Source: Candidatus Latescibacterota bacterium
GTDB lineage: Bacteria > Latescibacterota > UBA2968
Length of the DNA: 64,000 bases
Reading direction: 5' to 3'
NCBI GenBank assembly: GCA_965207885.1
Contig: OZ242311.1
Location: 3,424,001 to 3,488,000 of the forward strand
Positions within the stretch are counted from its first letter, which is position 1, and each line of letters opens with the position of its first letter. The notes beneath the pieces were generated by a model. That model was not told the DNA's origin. It was given only the letters and a program-made list of their open reading frames with translations, and searched no databases. A program made the position numbers and the translations under genes. Shown here one piece after another: positions 27,812 to 37,917 of the stretch.

Positions 27812-29512
27812 ATGAAACTCTGTACTAGAATCGCTCTATTCTTCTGGGTATTCTATATCGGAATCTGGTGCCAGGAGGTGCAATTTGTGGAGGTATCTGT
27901 CCAGGCTGGTATTGACTTCATCCATGTCAACGGAGCCAGTGGCAGGAAGTACGAAGTAGAGACAATGGGCCCTGGCTGTGGGCTATTCGATTACGACGGC
28001 GACGGCGATCTGGACATCTACCTGATCAATGGCGCACCGCTGCCGGGCTATCAGACAACGGTGATACCGACCAACCGCCTTTACAGAAACGATGGAGAGT
28101 GGCGGTTTACGGATGTGACGGCAGTATCAGCAACGGACAATCCGGGCTACGGTCTGGGATGTGCGGTGGGAGATTACAATAACGATGGGGACCTGGATCT
28201 TTACGTGACCAACTTCGGCCCCAACATGCTTTACCGCAATGAAGGCAACGGAACCTTTGCAGATGTGACCACCCGGGCTGTCGTGGGGGATGCACGCTGG
28301 GGTAGTACCGCGATGTTCCTCGACTATGACCGGGACGGAGACCTGGACCTCTATCTGGTCAACTACATCGATTGTACTCTAAAAAACGATAGAGACTGCA
28401 GAATACCCGGCACAACTACGCTGGGCTATTGCCACCCGGATATCTACCCTGGGGTCCCGGACGTGCTCTACCGAAACGAAGGAGATGGAACCTTTACAGA
28501 TGTAACCCGCGAGTCCGGCATCTACCGTTCGGGAGCGAGAGGACTGGGCGTGGTGGGCACCGACTACGACAACGACGGAGATCTGGACATATATGTGGCC
28601 AACGATTCAATGGAGAACTACCTCTTTGCCAATCTGGGCGACGGAACATTTGAGGAAATCGCCCTGCTGTCCGGCGTGTCATTCAACGAGAGGGGCCACG
28701 CCGAAGCGGGAATGGGAGTGGATATCGCGGACGTAGATGGAAACGGCTATTCGGATATCCTGATCGGACACCTGGCGACGGAGACGAATACCCTCTACCT
28801 GAACAACGGAGATGAAACATTTACGGATGCGACCAAGACAGCGGGCCTTGCCACGACACTGAATGACCTGACATTCGGACTGGTCTTCTTAGATGCGGAC
28901 AACGATGGAGATACCGATGCCTTTGCCGCGAACGGGCATGTCCTGGACAACATCGAGCTTATCTCCGACGCGTCTCCCTACAAACAGCGCAATAAGCTCT
29001 TTGAAAATACGGGCAATGGGCAATTCGCGGATGCTTCGGCACGCTTTGGCCCCGGCTTGAGCATTCTCAAATCGAGCCGGGGAACCGCTGCGGGGGATAT
29101 CGACAACGACGGCGATATCGATCTGCTGGTAGCCAATGTCGCCGATCGGCCAGATCTGCTGAGGAATGAAGGAGGCAACCGGAATAACTGGCTGATGGTG
29201 AGACTCATTGGAGGAGAAAGTGTTCCGGAAGTAAAGAAAAACTCGAAACTTTCCAATCGAGATGGAATCGGAGCGCAGGTAACCGTAATATCCGGCGATC
29301 TGCGGCAGGTAAAAGAGGTACACAGCGCAGCCAGCTACCAATCGGCCAATGATCTGAGATTGCACTTTGGATTGGGAAAGTGGAAACAGATAGACCTCGT
29401 AGAGGTCCGATGGCCATCGGGAAGAGTGGATCGAATCGCAGAAACATCTTCCAACAAAATACTGGTGATCAAAGAAGGGGAAACCATGCCTGTATCGAGG
29501 ACGCAGGATTAG
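27812..29512 (+). CDS. CRTAC1-like protein (FG-GAP repeats + ASPIC/UnbV domain)
   Basis: Many DYDxDGDLD repeats; NRDGIGAQV...SYQSAND.RLHFGLG...VEVRWPSG. Confidence 0.92.
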   Translation: MKLCTRIALFFWVFYIGIWCQEVQFVEVSVQAGIDFIHVNGASGRKYEVETMGPGCGLFDYDGDGDLDIYLINGAPLPGYQTTVIPTNRLYRNDGEWRFTDVTAVSATDNPGYGLGCAVGDYNNDGDLDLYVTNFGPNMLYRNEGNGTFADVTTRAVVGDARWGSTAMFLDYDRDGDLDLYLVNYIDCTLKNDRDCRIPGTTTLGYCHPDIYPGVPDVLYRNEGDGTFTDVTRESGIYRSGARGLGVVGTDYDNDGDLDIYVANDSMENYLFANLGDGTFEEIALLSGVSFNERGHAEAGMGVDIADVDGNGYSDILIGHLATETNTLYLNNGDETFTDATKTAGLATTLNDLTFGLVFLDADNDGDTDAFAANGHVLDNIELISDASPYKQRNKLFENTGNGQFADASARFGPGLSILKSSRGTAAGDIDNDGDIDLLVANVADRPDLLRNEGGNRNNWLMVRLIGGESVPEVKKNSKLSNRDGIGAQVTVISGDLRQVKEVHSAASYQSANDLRLHFGLGKWKQIDLVEVRWPSGRVDRIAETSSNKILVIKEGETMPVSRTQD

Positions 29513-29551
29513 GCTGTGTGTGCCCGATACTCGCGGTGGAAAACGCGAGAC

Positions 29552-31573
29552 CTAAAGCCGGTGGACCATGTGGCCCTGCTCGGGAAACCATATCAAGTCA
29601 ATGAAGAGCGATAACACGACACCCAGGACATAGCCGACGAGCAGGCCCAGAAATAGGGGTCGGGATTTCTGGTACGAGGATGCTCCCCCTACCTTTACGG
29701 TAATCCATCTGATCAGCCAGGCTACGAGAATCGTCAGGCTCGTCCGTCGAGCGAGGAAGGAGCCTGAAATGGTGAGACCCACCGGATGAAGAGGCCACCA
29801 CGGGAACCGACGCCTGAGCAGGAAGAGCAACGCGGTAGCCAGCGCGCCGAGCACAAAAAAGGCAAACTGGTCAGGATGCTCTATGAAGATCGGTGCATCG
29901 GTATCCTGCATCAGAAAAGATCTGACGGATTTCGCGGTGCGATCGTAGTGCGGATTGCCGGATCTAATGGCCACCCAACCTGTGAAGTTCAGTGCGCCGT
30001 GTCGATAACCCAGATAAAGTGTCACCAACACGCATGTGACCACACTCGTCACAAAAGCCAGAAAAACCGCGCCTGTGAGCTGTCGCCGGCTTTCCACCTG
30101 CACACCCTCAGCCACCCGTCCGGCCTGACTGAGAGCGGGTAAGAAGGATCCCTTGAAATTGGACAACAGGACGCCCGAGGTCCGTGCAGCTACCCGAGTG
30201 CTCGCGTGGATGGATTCTCCATCCAGAAAGGGACTTACCAGCCCCCATCCTCCCCAAATGGGGGCGTTGACATAAGGCAACCCCGTATCGGATAGGATTC
30301 TCGCCAATCCCAAATAGGTGAAGATCGCCCCAAAGATCAGCAGTACCGCCTGAAAAGGATCGAATCCGATCCGGACCAACCAGACCCAGATGTAGATCAG
30401 GCTGATAGCCAACCCTGCAACAGCCGTGCGGTAGGAGAGCGGTTCGTCCCTATCGTCAACCGGGGCCTGGGGGTCAAGTGCCTTCCAAAACACATCTCGG
30501 ATCTGCGAACGCGCCGCCCAGGTGGTAGAAAGCACCAGAAAGAAAAAGGCTCCCTTCGTCTGCCAGGAGCAGACCCCCGAGTAGTAATAGGGCGAAGTAG
30601 CCACAAATCCGATCCGGTTGAGCAGGCCCCCTTCGAGAATAAAGAGCAAATCGAAAAACCAGATGCTAAACAGAACTTCCACAGTTGCGAAATAGGAAAA
30701 GCAGATAGTAAAAATATCGAGGATGCCGTAGATAGGCGGAAAATTTCGATCGATCCAGATCCATCGCCCACCCTGGTGTGCCGCACTGCCCTGCGCGTAG
30801 ATGGGGAATTGGGGAAAGGTAGGAATGAAGTAGTTGACACAGTTCCAGGCGATCATCCCGAAGACTATCCAGAAGCCAATCCAGAAGAGGGTATTCCGCG
30901 TGAATGCCGGGAGAAACCCCTTTCCGTCTCCCGGGTGGGAGGCCATTTCGACCAGTGGTGCCATAGCCGGAAAAGCCACTTTTTCGTAGTGTATCCACTG
31001 TTTGCGGAAGATGGTGGTGACGCAGGCATAAAGGACAAAAGCGGCAAGTGTCAATCCACCCCACCAGAACAGGGGTAAGATCCACTTCCCCCACGGCAAT
31101 TGCGCGCCCCTGGGAAGTCCCTCCCAGAACCAGGTCACCGCTTTCTCTTCGTTTTCGGGAAACAGCCACTCTGCAATGTAGGGATGCAGATAATTGGCCC
31201 ATTCGTTTTCACCCGTGGCGAAGTAGTGCGGCGCGCCCATGTAGGAAATGAGGTAGCCGGAATACCCGTAGAACAGAACCGCTGCTCCGACTATTCCCAT
31301 CGCCAGAATCGTATGCCATTCTGAGGGCGACAGTGCCCGCCTCGTTCCACGCGCAACAACTGCTCCGACCAGGAGCATCAGGACAAAACCGATTAGCACG
31401 ACCATTGGCACATGGCTATAAGCCATCATTGGGCCGCGGGGGAGCAAGTATTTCACATGGATAGCCAGCACATCAATACCGACGACCAGGCCGAGGCCGA
31501 GAAGTACGGCGCGCGTCATGGGTCTGGTTCTTTCGGGAGAGTCAAGTTGCCCGGAAGGCTCTTGCATGGCCAT
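29552..31573 (-). CDS. Polytopic membrane protein, DUF6785/DUF6784-like (putative transporter)
   Basis: Many TM helices; RKQWIHYEKVAFP, WWPLHPVG, RPLFLGLLVG. Confidence 0.8.
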   Translation of the reverse strand: MAMQEPSGQLDSPERTRPMTRAVLLGLGLVVGIDVLAIHVKYLLPRGPMMAYSHVPMVVLIGFVLMLLVGAVVARGTRRALSPSEWHTILAMGIVGAAVLFYGYSGYLISYMGAPHYFATGENEWANYLHPYIAEWLFPENEEKAVTWFWEGLPRGAQLPWGKWILPLFWWGGLTLAAFVLYACVTTIFRKQWIHYEKVAFPAMAPLVEMASHPGDGKGFLPAFTRNTLFWIGFWIVFGMIAWNCVNYFIPTFPQFPIYAQGSAAHQGGRWIWIDRNFPPIYGILDIFTICFSYFATVEVLFSIWFFDLLFILEGGLLNRIGFVATSPYYYSGVCSWQTKGAFFFLVLSTTWAARSQIRDVFWKALDPQAPVDDRDEPLSYRTAVAGLAISLIYIWVWLVRIGFDPFQAVLLIFGAIFTYLGLARILSDTGLPYVNAPIWGGWGLVSPFLDGESIHASTRVAARTSGVLLSNFKGSFLPALSQAGRVAEGVQVESRRQLTGAVFLAFVTSVVTCVLVTLYLGYRHGALNFTGWVAIRSGNPHYDRTAKSVRSFLMQDTDAPIFIEHPDQFAFFVLGALATALLFLLRRRFPWWPLHPVGLTISGSFLARRTSLTILVAWLIRWITVKVGGASSYQKSRPLFLGLLVGYVLGVVLSLFIDLIWFPEQGHMVHRL

Positions 31574-31633
31574 CGCTGATCAATCCTGAAAATCCTGCCT
31601 GATACAAATATGGTCGCGCGGGATGAAATCGGA

Positions 31634-32566
31634 CTAAACAGGAACAAGCCCCTCTGCATTCTCCCGCCCGATCTTCCGCCACACATCCTCAGGAAGATCC
31701 AGACTGCCCAGAAACGTGAGTAACTCGCCGCCATAGTAGTCCCGACCGAACAGGAACCGGTCGGCGTACGCAATCAGCATCTCTCGGGAGAATTCTGGAT
31801 CGGCCTTGAGCGCTCTTAATCCACTGCCGGCTGAAAGGTCGGCACGCAGATTCGCATACCGGTCAAACATATCCGGCAGTCTGCCACCGCGCACCAAAGG
31901 GTCACGGTGACTCACCTGGGGATATTCGTCGGCGTCGGCACTCAACTCTCGCCAGAACCCCGGTGCGTGCCCAATGAATATCGTATCCGGACAGGCATCC
32001 AGTGCCCGCTTGAGATTGTGGATCGTCCCGCCTATCCAATTCGGATCGTACGTTCCACCTTTGGGCGGAACGTACGGGATATCGAGGTGGAGAACTACGG
32101 GAAGACCCTTACTACCTGCGAACCGAAACATCTCAATACAGCGAGGATCATCGAATAATGTCTGGAACTTCCACTCCCCCAGCACCCGAATTCCGAAAAT
32201 GTCGATCGCTCCCGATAGCTTCTGAATCGCCCTCGGATCCAGTGGATTGGGGCAGTACCCCGGAATCAATCGATCTGGATACCGACGGCAGGCCTCGATC
32301 ACGCCGTCCAGCGGCAGCGTGGGCGCATTGTCATCACCACCTTTCCAGCGGGGATCATAAGGCGCCAGGTTCTTCGCGATAGAAGCCGGCCGCTCCGAAG
32401 TCAACACCCAGGCCTTCTCTATACAGTACTGGTCCATATCGGCGATCAGCCCGGCGTCATCGCGACCGTGCCAAAAAACGTGCTGGTGGCTATCGATCAG
32501 CTTCAAATCGGCGGCCCCCATCTGCTGGACATCGTCTGAAGGGATATGGGTCTGGATATTGGACAT
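31634..32566 (-). CDS. Amidohydrolase family (Amidohydro_2)
   Basis: IDSHQH, PVVLH, IGHAPG, LFGRD. Confidence 0.88.
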   Translation of the reverse strand: MSNIQTHIPSDDVQQMGAADLKLIDSHQHVFWHGRDDAGLIADMDQYCIEKAWVLTSERPASIAKNLAPYDPRWKGGDDNAPTLPLDGVIEACRRYPDRLIPGYCPNPLDPRAIQKLSGAIDIFGIRVLGEWKFQTLFDDPRCIEMFRFAGSKGLPVVLHLDIPYVPPKGGTYDPNWIGGTIHNLKRALDACPDTIFIGHAPGFWRELSADADEYPQVSHRDPLVRGGRLPDMFDRYANLRADLSAGSGLRALKADPEFSREMLIAYADRFLFGRDYYGGELLTFLGSLDLPEDVWRKIGRENAEGLVPV

Positions 32567-32625
32567 AGAACGCTCCTGAATCGGATTGCGGTTTTTCTGC
32601 CATTAACCACTGTTCAGGGATTCCT

Positions 32626-33909
32626 TCAAGGGTGGTGCTCTCTCTCGTAAGTCAGGAGTTCATCGGCGGCCGAAGCCACCTTGTGGTAGGCATCCAGATA
32701 CTGGTTGATCAGTTCCCTGCACTCCGTTTCGAGCCGGGGAGCCGCGCGGAAGGAATACTCCCTGAGATGTTCTGTCACCGGAAGTGGGCCATTTGCAAAC
32801 TCCGGCGTATCCTGCCCCAACGCGCTCGATGCCGTGCGCTCTGTACCACAGGGGAATCCCTCCGTGAAAATCGGATTCCCGTGCAAATGTCCGTATCTCA
32901 TTCTGCCGATACCCACGCCCTCTGCTGAGAGCGCCCGCAGGAAGGTCTCGATTGAAACACCTCCGAGCTTGTCCGGATCATACCGCATACAATGGCTATT
33001 GTACACGCGCCGGCAGCCCGGAAGCACTCGCTGAGGCACCACATCTGCCACATCTGCCAGCCCGGCGTCCAGGACCGCACCATTGCGGTCTCGAATTTCG
33101 TTCATCTTATCCAGGTGATGAAGTTGCTCGCGGGCGATTGCAATGCCCAGTGGGTGGGGACGGTATTTGAAACCCAACCCCGTGAAGGCAAAGCGTTTTA
33201 TCCCTGAATCCTCTCGAATTTCGGCACGCTTTTCCGGACGGCCCAGCACGATAGCCCGCTCGTACAGGTCGCGGTCGTTTGTCGTGAGCACACCGCCCTC
33301 CCCCGCCGCAACCAGCTTGGAACCCTGGCAACTGAAACAACCGACATCGCCTATTGAACCGACTTTCTTTCCCTGCCAGGTCGCCCCGTGGGCGTGCGAA
33401 CAGTCCTCAATCACGGCAATCCCCCGCGGGCGTGTCAGTTCCAAAATCGATTCCATATCCGCAGGATTACCCCAGACGTGGCAAACGACAATCGCACGGG
33501 TCCGCCCTGTAATCTTTCGCTCAATGTCGGTGGGATCCAGAGTCATCGTATCGCGATCTACATCGGCAAAAACAGTGACTCCTCCCATAGCCGGCACAGT
33601 CGTCGCTGTGGTAAGAAATGTGAAGGAAGGAACAATAACCTCATCGCCTGGCTCCACCCCCACCGCAAACAGAGCCGCTTGAAGCGCCGCCGTACCGCTG
33701 GTAAGCGCCAGCCCGTATTCACAACCGACGTAATCGGCGAACTCGCGCTCGAACTCGGCAACCGATGGTGAAATGGAAGTCTCGCCCTTACGCATCAGTT
33801 CCACCACCGCTGCAATCGCCTCCTCACTCACAGGGGGAACCGCGAATTTCCTTCTGTCGAGCCTTACCGCCTTAGGACCACCCGTCAATGCCAGCTTTCC
33901 CATCAACAT
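32626..33909 (-). CDS. DegT/DnrJ/EryC1/StrS PLP aminotransferase
   Basis: SGTAAL, EDCSHAHG, FSCQGSK...GEGG. Confidence 0.93.
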   Translation of the reverse strand: MLMGKLALTGGPKAVRLDRRKFAVPPVSEEAIAAVVELMRKGETSISPSVAEFEREFADYVGCEYGLALTSGTAALQAALFAVGVEPGDEVIVPSFTFLTTATTVPAMGGVTVFADVDRDTMTLDPTDIERKITGRTRAIVVCHVWGNPADMESILELTRPRGIAVIEDCSHAHGATWQGKKVGSIGDVGCFSCQGSKLVAAGEGGVLTTNDRDLYERAIVLGRPEKRAEIREDSGIKRFAFTGLGFKYRPHPLGIAIAREQLHHLDKMNEIRDRNGAVLDAGLADVADVVPQRVLPGCRRVYNSHCMRYDPDKLGGVSIETFLRALSAEGVGIGRMRYGHLHGNPIFTEGFPCGTERTASSALGQDTPEFANGPLPVTEHLREYSFRAAPRLETECRELINQYLDAYHKVASAADELLTYEREHHP

Positions 33910-33937
33910 CTCCTTTCAATATGCTGAAACGCGAGCG

Positions 33938-34807
33938 TCAGGTCACAGTATCAGAAAGCCCCAACAACCCCAGAGTATCGCGGTACAGAATCTGATCCGG
34001 CAGGTCTTCTGGAAGCGGAGGCAACCGCATCTCCTGGGAAAGCCGGACCACCTGGTGCAACCCTTCTACTGTTTCCTCAAAAGTAGCCACAGGATAATCA
34101 GTTCCAAAGAGCAGTTTATCCACAACCCCGTATTCAACCGCCAGCCGCAGCGAGTTGTAAAACTGCCAGGGCCGGTAGAACAGACCCGAAATATCCGAAA
34201 ACACATTCGGCTGCTTCCGGATCAGGACAATAGTCTCCGCCTCCCAGGGATGCCCAAGATGGGCGATTATCATCTTCAGATCTGGAAACCGGAGCGCGAT
34301 CTCCTCCAGCAGAACGGGATTCGCATACTTCAACGGTGCCCTGCGCGGGAAAGTCGCTCCCTGATGGAACATGATGGGCAACCCGTACTCCTCTGCCCTG
34401 GCAAAAATGGCCAGCGCATTCGCATCCAATGGGTCCCACCCACCGTAAATCGGACTCATCTTCAGGCCCCGCAACCCCAGCTCTTTGACCGCGCGCTCTA
34501 CTTCCTCAAGGGCATTGTCTTCAGTCGGGCAGATCGCAGCGAAACCAATGAGCTTTTCCGGATGGGTGCGCACGTAATCTGCAACCGTATCGTTGACAGT
34601 AAAAAAGCCAGTCAGCGGTGCCCGCAACCCGAACACGATAGCGCGATCCACCTCTGCTACGGCTGCCATGTGCATATCGGGTGTAATATCCAGATCTACC
34701 TCCTTATTGCGCATAATAAAAGTCTCGCGCGCCAATTCATCGGTCAACTCACCCGGATAGCGCCAGAGGTGTGTGTGGCAGTCCACCCGATAGCCTTTCT
34801 TAGACAT
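33938..34807 (-). CDS. Amidohydrolase family (Amidohydro_2)
   Basis: DCHTH, PIMFHQG, IAHLGHP, LFGTDYP. Confidence 0.92.
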   Translation of the reverse strand: MSKKGYRVDCHTHLWRYPGELTDELARETFIMRNKEVDLDITPDMHMAAVAEVDRAIVFGLRAPLTGFFTVNDTVADYVRTHPEKLIGFAAICPTEDNALEEVERAVKELGLRGLKMSPIYGGWDPLDANALAIFARAEEYGLPIMFHQGATFPRRAPLKYANPVLLEEIALRFPDLKMIIAHLGHPWEAETIVLIRKQPNVFSDISGLFYRPWQFYNSLRLAVEYGVVDKLLFGTDYPVATFEETVEGLHQVVRLSQEMRLPPLPEDLPDQILYRDTLGLLGLSDTVT

Positions 34808-34852
34808 CGATTCTCCTTTTTCGTTTATCTGCGGTTTTCTGATCCTACAAAC

Positions 34853-35407
34853 CTACAGATCCTTCAGCATCCACACGAGGTCGGATGTCCCTCTTGGCGC
34901 AAGATCCGAGCGGATCCAATCCGGAAACCGCCCGATTTCTCGATAGCCCATGCTGGTATAGAGGTGGTAACCGCGCTCGTTGGCACTCCAGACCGTCAGA
35001 TCAATCCGCTGTTTGCCGAGTCGGCGCGCCTCGTCCTCTAACGCACTCATCAGCCGCCTGCCGATCCCTTTATCTCGAAAATCCTTGAGAATCAGTAGCC
35101 CCAGGGTAATCGAACCGTCCCCGTTAGAGCGCTGAAGCGTTCCCTCTCCCACGATCCGCCCATCTGTATCCACGACCAGCAGCACACCTGCGCCGCAGGC
35201 CATGTCCGTAAGTCTCCCGCCGAGTGCTTCTCCTGCGACCCGGATATCGGCGTTCCTCGGACTCGCCATCACCTGCTCCTTATACAACTCGCGGTGCATC
35301 GCTCCATAGGATGCCAGATCGCTCCATTGCGCCGTGCGCATCACGTATTCCCCGCCGTCAACGCTCCATTGCTCGATCAGACGTCCTTCATCAGTACCGA
35401 ATTTCAT
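34853..35407 (-). CDS. GNAT N-acetyltransferase
   Basis: FRDKGIGRRLM acetyl-CoA motif, N...LYTSMGY. Confidence 0.9.
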   Translation of the reverse strand: MKFGTDEGRLIEQWSVDGGEYVMRTAQWSDLASYGAMHRELYKEQVMASPRNADIRVAGEALGGRLTDMACGAGVLLVVDTDGRIVGEGTLQRSNGDGSITLGLLILKDFRDKGIGRRLMSALEDEARRLGKQRIDLTVWSANERGYHLYTSMGYREIGRFPDWIRSDLAPRGTSDLVWMLKDL

Positions 35408-36570
35408 TCTCTTTCTCTCCGCATATCCAGCCTGGAAGCTTCCGGTCGGTAACGGTATTTTTCCTCCAGCTCTTTCGGAAGTTCTACTCCCAGTCCAGGC
35501 GTTGTTGGAGGATAAACCATCCCGTCTTCAATCCGCGGTTTTTCCACAAATAGCGCGTCTGTGAGCGGAAAATGCCAGGTCGGATACTCGGCAAGCACGG
35601 TATTGGGCGTGACAAATGCCCAGGCCAGGTTGGCAGCGACCGTAATCGAAGTCCCCCAGGCGTGGGGTGCCACTTTTACACCACACGCATCGGCCATCGC
35701 AGCTATCTTTATACACTCTAAGATGCCCCCTGCCTGGCACGCATCCGGCTGGGCCACGTCCAGTGCCTGACGCTCAAAAAAATGTTTGAACTCATACCGC
35801 ATGCACGAACTCTCACCGCCCGAAATGGGAATACAGGTATTTCGACGGACATGGGCATAGCCCTCGTAGTCCGCCGCAAAACAAGGCTCCTCCAGCCAGA
35901 ACAAATCGTAAGGCTCTAAAGCCTTTGCTACCCGCACCGCTTCCGCCGCTGTCCACGGATCCGGATTGTGTCCCATCACCGCGTCCGCCATCAGCTTCAC
36001 CTCTGGCCCCAGCACCTCTCGGCATGCAGCTATCCGTTCCAGATCGTGTTCACGATTCACGCCAATCCGCATCTTCACAGCTCGAAACCCCGCTTCACGA
36101 TGCGCTCTCATCTCTGCTTTCAGATCCTCCAGAGGCTGTTCCAGACCGCCGCTGGCATAAATTGGCAGCTTCTCGTGGCACAGCCCTCCCAGCAGACGGT
36201 ACACCGGCACACTGGCCGCTTTCCCCGCAATATCCCACAGGGCGTTCTCCAACGCACTGGCCGCTGCTACTGCCAGCCCGGACCGACCCCAGTACAGGAT
36301 GCGACGGTACATCATCTCGTAACACCCGGCCACGTCTCGTGGGTCTTTGCCCCGGAGAAACTGCCCGAACAGGCGGAACAACTCAGCCGTGGCTTCACCC
36401 GCGACAAACCCCGGCCCGTAGCAATCTCCCAGACCGGTGACGCCTTCGTCGGTATGCACCCGCACCAGCGCGCAGTTTACGCTGTCTGTTTCTCCTCCCG
36501 ACCATCGCAAAGGATGCTCTTCCGGCATATCAACCGTGAGCAGGATGGGTTTCACCTCAGTGATCTTCAT
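35404..36570 (-). CDS. Mandelate racemase/enolase superfamily
   Basis: ENALWDIAGK, KMR, DAV/EEP/GE, APH. Confidence 0.92.
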   Translation of the reverse strand: MKITEVKPILLTVDMPEEHPLRWSGGETDSVNCALVRVHTDEGVTGLGDCYGPGFVAGEATAELFRLFGQFLRGKDPRDVAGCYEMMYRRILYWGRSGLAVAAASALENALWDIAGKAASVPVYRLLGGLCHEKLPIYASGGLEQPLEDLKAEMRAHREAGFRAVKMRIGVNREHDLERIAACREVLGPEVKLMADAVMGHNPDPWTAAEAVRVAKALEPYDLFWLEEPCFAADYEGYAHVRRNTCIPISGGESSCMRYEFKHFFERQALDVAQPDACQAGGILECIKIAAMADACGVKVAPHAWGTSITVAANLAWAFVTPNTVLAEYPTWHFPLTDALFVEKPRIEDGMVYPPTTPGLGVELPKELEEKYRYRPEASRLDMRRERE

Positions 36571-36599
36571 CGGTCATTTCTCCTATCTGACACAGATTT

Positions 36600-37895
36600 C
36601 TAATTTCCCGCATGGAGAACAACAGCACTCGCAAACAGATCTTCAAGACCCGGCTTCAATGGCCCGGACCATAACTTGGGCAGATAGCTACCGGTCTCGT
36701 ACCCCCCGCGCTTCATCTCCTCTGTATCGGGGGTATAACCAACACAGCCATTCGTATATCCCAGAAGAACCGCCTGCGCTGGCGCAACTATCTCCTCAAC
36801 TGTCCTCGCCAGGCCACAAAGCGGCTCTACATCCAGACCGATCAAAGCCAGATCCCGGTTCAACCACAGCGTCTGAACCTGAAACGCCACCTGATCAGGA
36901 ATCTCTTCTCCCATATCCAGACGCTCCAGACCCGCTTTCGCATACTGCTGCAGAAGTCCGCCTTCACCCTTCAAAGATTCGAGTTGTTCGCGAGTAGTAT
37001 ATTGCTTCTCACATGGAGCCTGCACAACGTTAATCTTCCCTTGCAGCGTCAGATTATCTATCGGACGGAGATTCATTCCTGTGAGGATCGCCAGGGTCTC
37101 AGCCAGCAGTTCATCGCCAATCTTAGCGAGTTCGGCGTGCTTCATCGCCCGCCAGTGGTCTCCTTCGGCCACATGTCGAGGGCGTGCATCTGCACCCGCC
37201 CCTTGCAGGAAAAACGGGATCACATCCAGGCCAAACACACTGGAAAACGCCGCACGCCATGCCCCCGGCCAATCTGCTGTGATCAAATGTTGCGCACCTG
37301 TGGCAACGGGATGGCACGATACCTTGATCCCTACCGCCGCCGCTTCTCCCGTGGCCTTTCTGAAAAGCAGAAGCTGCATCCGGTCATCTACCGGACCATC
37401 TGGATTCGGCGCATTCACAACCCGGCTATCCCGCTCCGGACGCCGGTTCATCGGTACCCGCGTCTTCCCCTCCCCATACCAGAGGCTCCCTTCCATCAGA
37501 TTGTCCGCTGCCTCGCGGGCGGCCTCCAGTACCTGCGCGTAAAGCTGATCCCTGTATTCTTCTACCGTTCTCGAAGGAAAGTCTCTCCTATACAGAGAAT
37601 AACCCGGTATCCTCGGCCCCCCGTGGGTATGCGAGGCATTGAGCATCACGTTGTCCGCCGGACATCCAATCGCCTTCCCAACCTGCTCCAGAAAGCCCGG
37701 CACACTTCCGTCATTCGGAAATGTGCAGATGTCCGCAGCACCCAATAGTGCACGCTGTTCTCCCTCTTCCATCACAATCGCTGTAAACGTCAGAGGATCG
37801 TTCACCCCATCGTTCGTATCTCGCCTTGCTGCGTACCCGTGCATATGAGTGTAAAGCGGCGGGGTAATATCCCTGCGGCCAATTCCAAAACGCAT
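36600..37895 (-). CDS. Neutral/alkaline ceramidase-like hydrolase, paralog A
   Basis: DITPP...GY, NASHTHGGP, NRR, SCHP, QGAGAD, GGYE. Confidence 0.8.
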   Translation of the reverse strand: MRFGIGRRDITPPLYTHMHGYAARRDTNDGVNDPLTFTAIVMEEGEQRALLGAADICTFPNDGSVPGFLEQVGKAIGCPADNVMLNASHTHGGPRIPGYSLYRRDFPSRTVEEYRDQLYAQVLEAAREAADNLMEGSLWYGEGKTRVPMNRRPERDSRVVNAPNPDGPVDDRMQLLLFRKATGEAAAVGIKVSCHPVATGAQHLITADWPGAWRAAFSSVFGLDVIPFFLQGAGADARPRHVAEGDHWRAMKHAELAKIGDELLAETLAILTGMNLRPIDNLTLQGKINVVQAPCEKQYTTREQLESLKGEGGLLQQYAKAGLERLDMGEEIPDQVAFQVQTLWLNRDLALIGLDVEPLCGLARTVEEIVAPAQAVLLGYTNGCVGYTPDTEEMKRGGYETGSYLPKLWSGPLKPGLEDLFASAVVLHAGN

Positions 37896-37917
37896 GGCAT
37901 TTTCTCCTTGTGTATTG

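Noticed and set aside
29530-29549. CTCGCG/CGCGAG hairpin between convergent genes as a terminator
   Set aside because: Only a 6-bp stem with no U-tract.
33773-35041. 422-aa plus-strand ORF and other long shadow ORFs (e.g. 5786-6736, 39478-40386, 59544-60545)
   Set aside because: They are antisense to well-supported genes and show no recognisable motifs.
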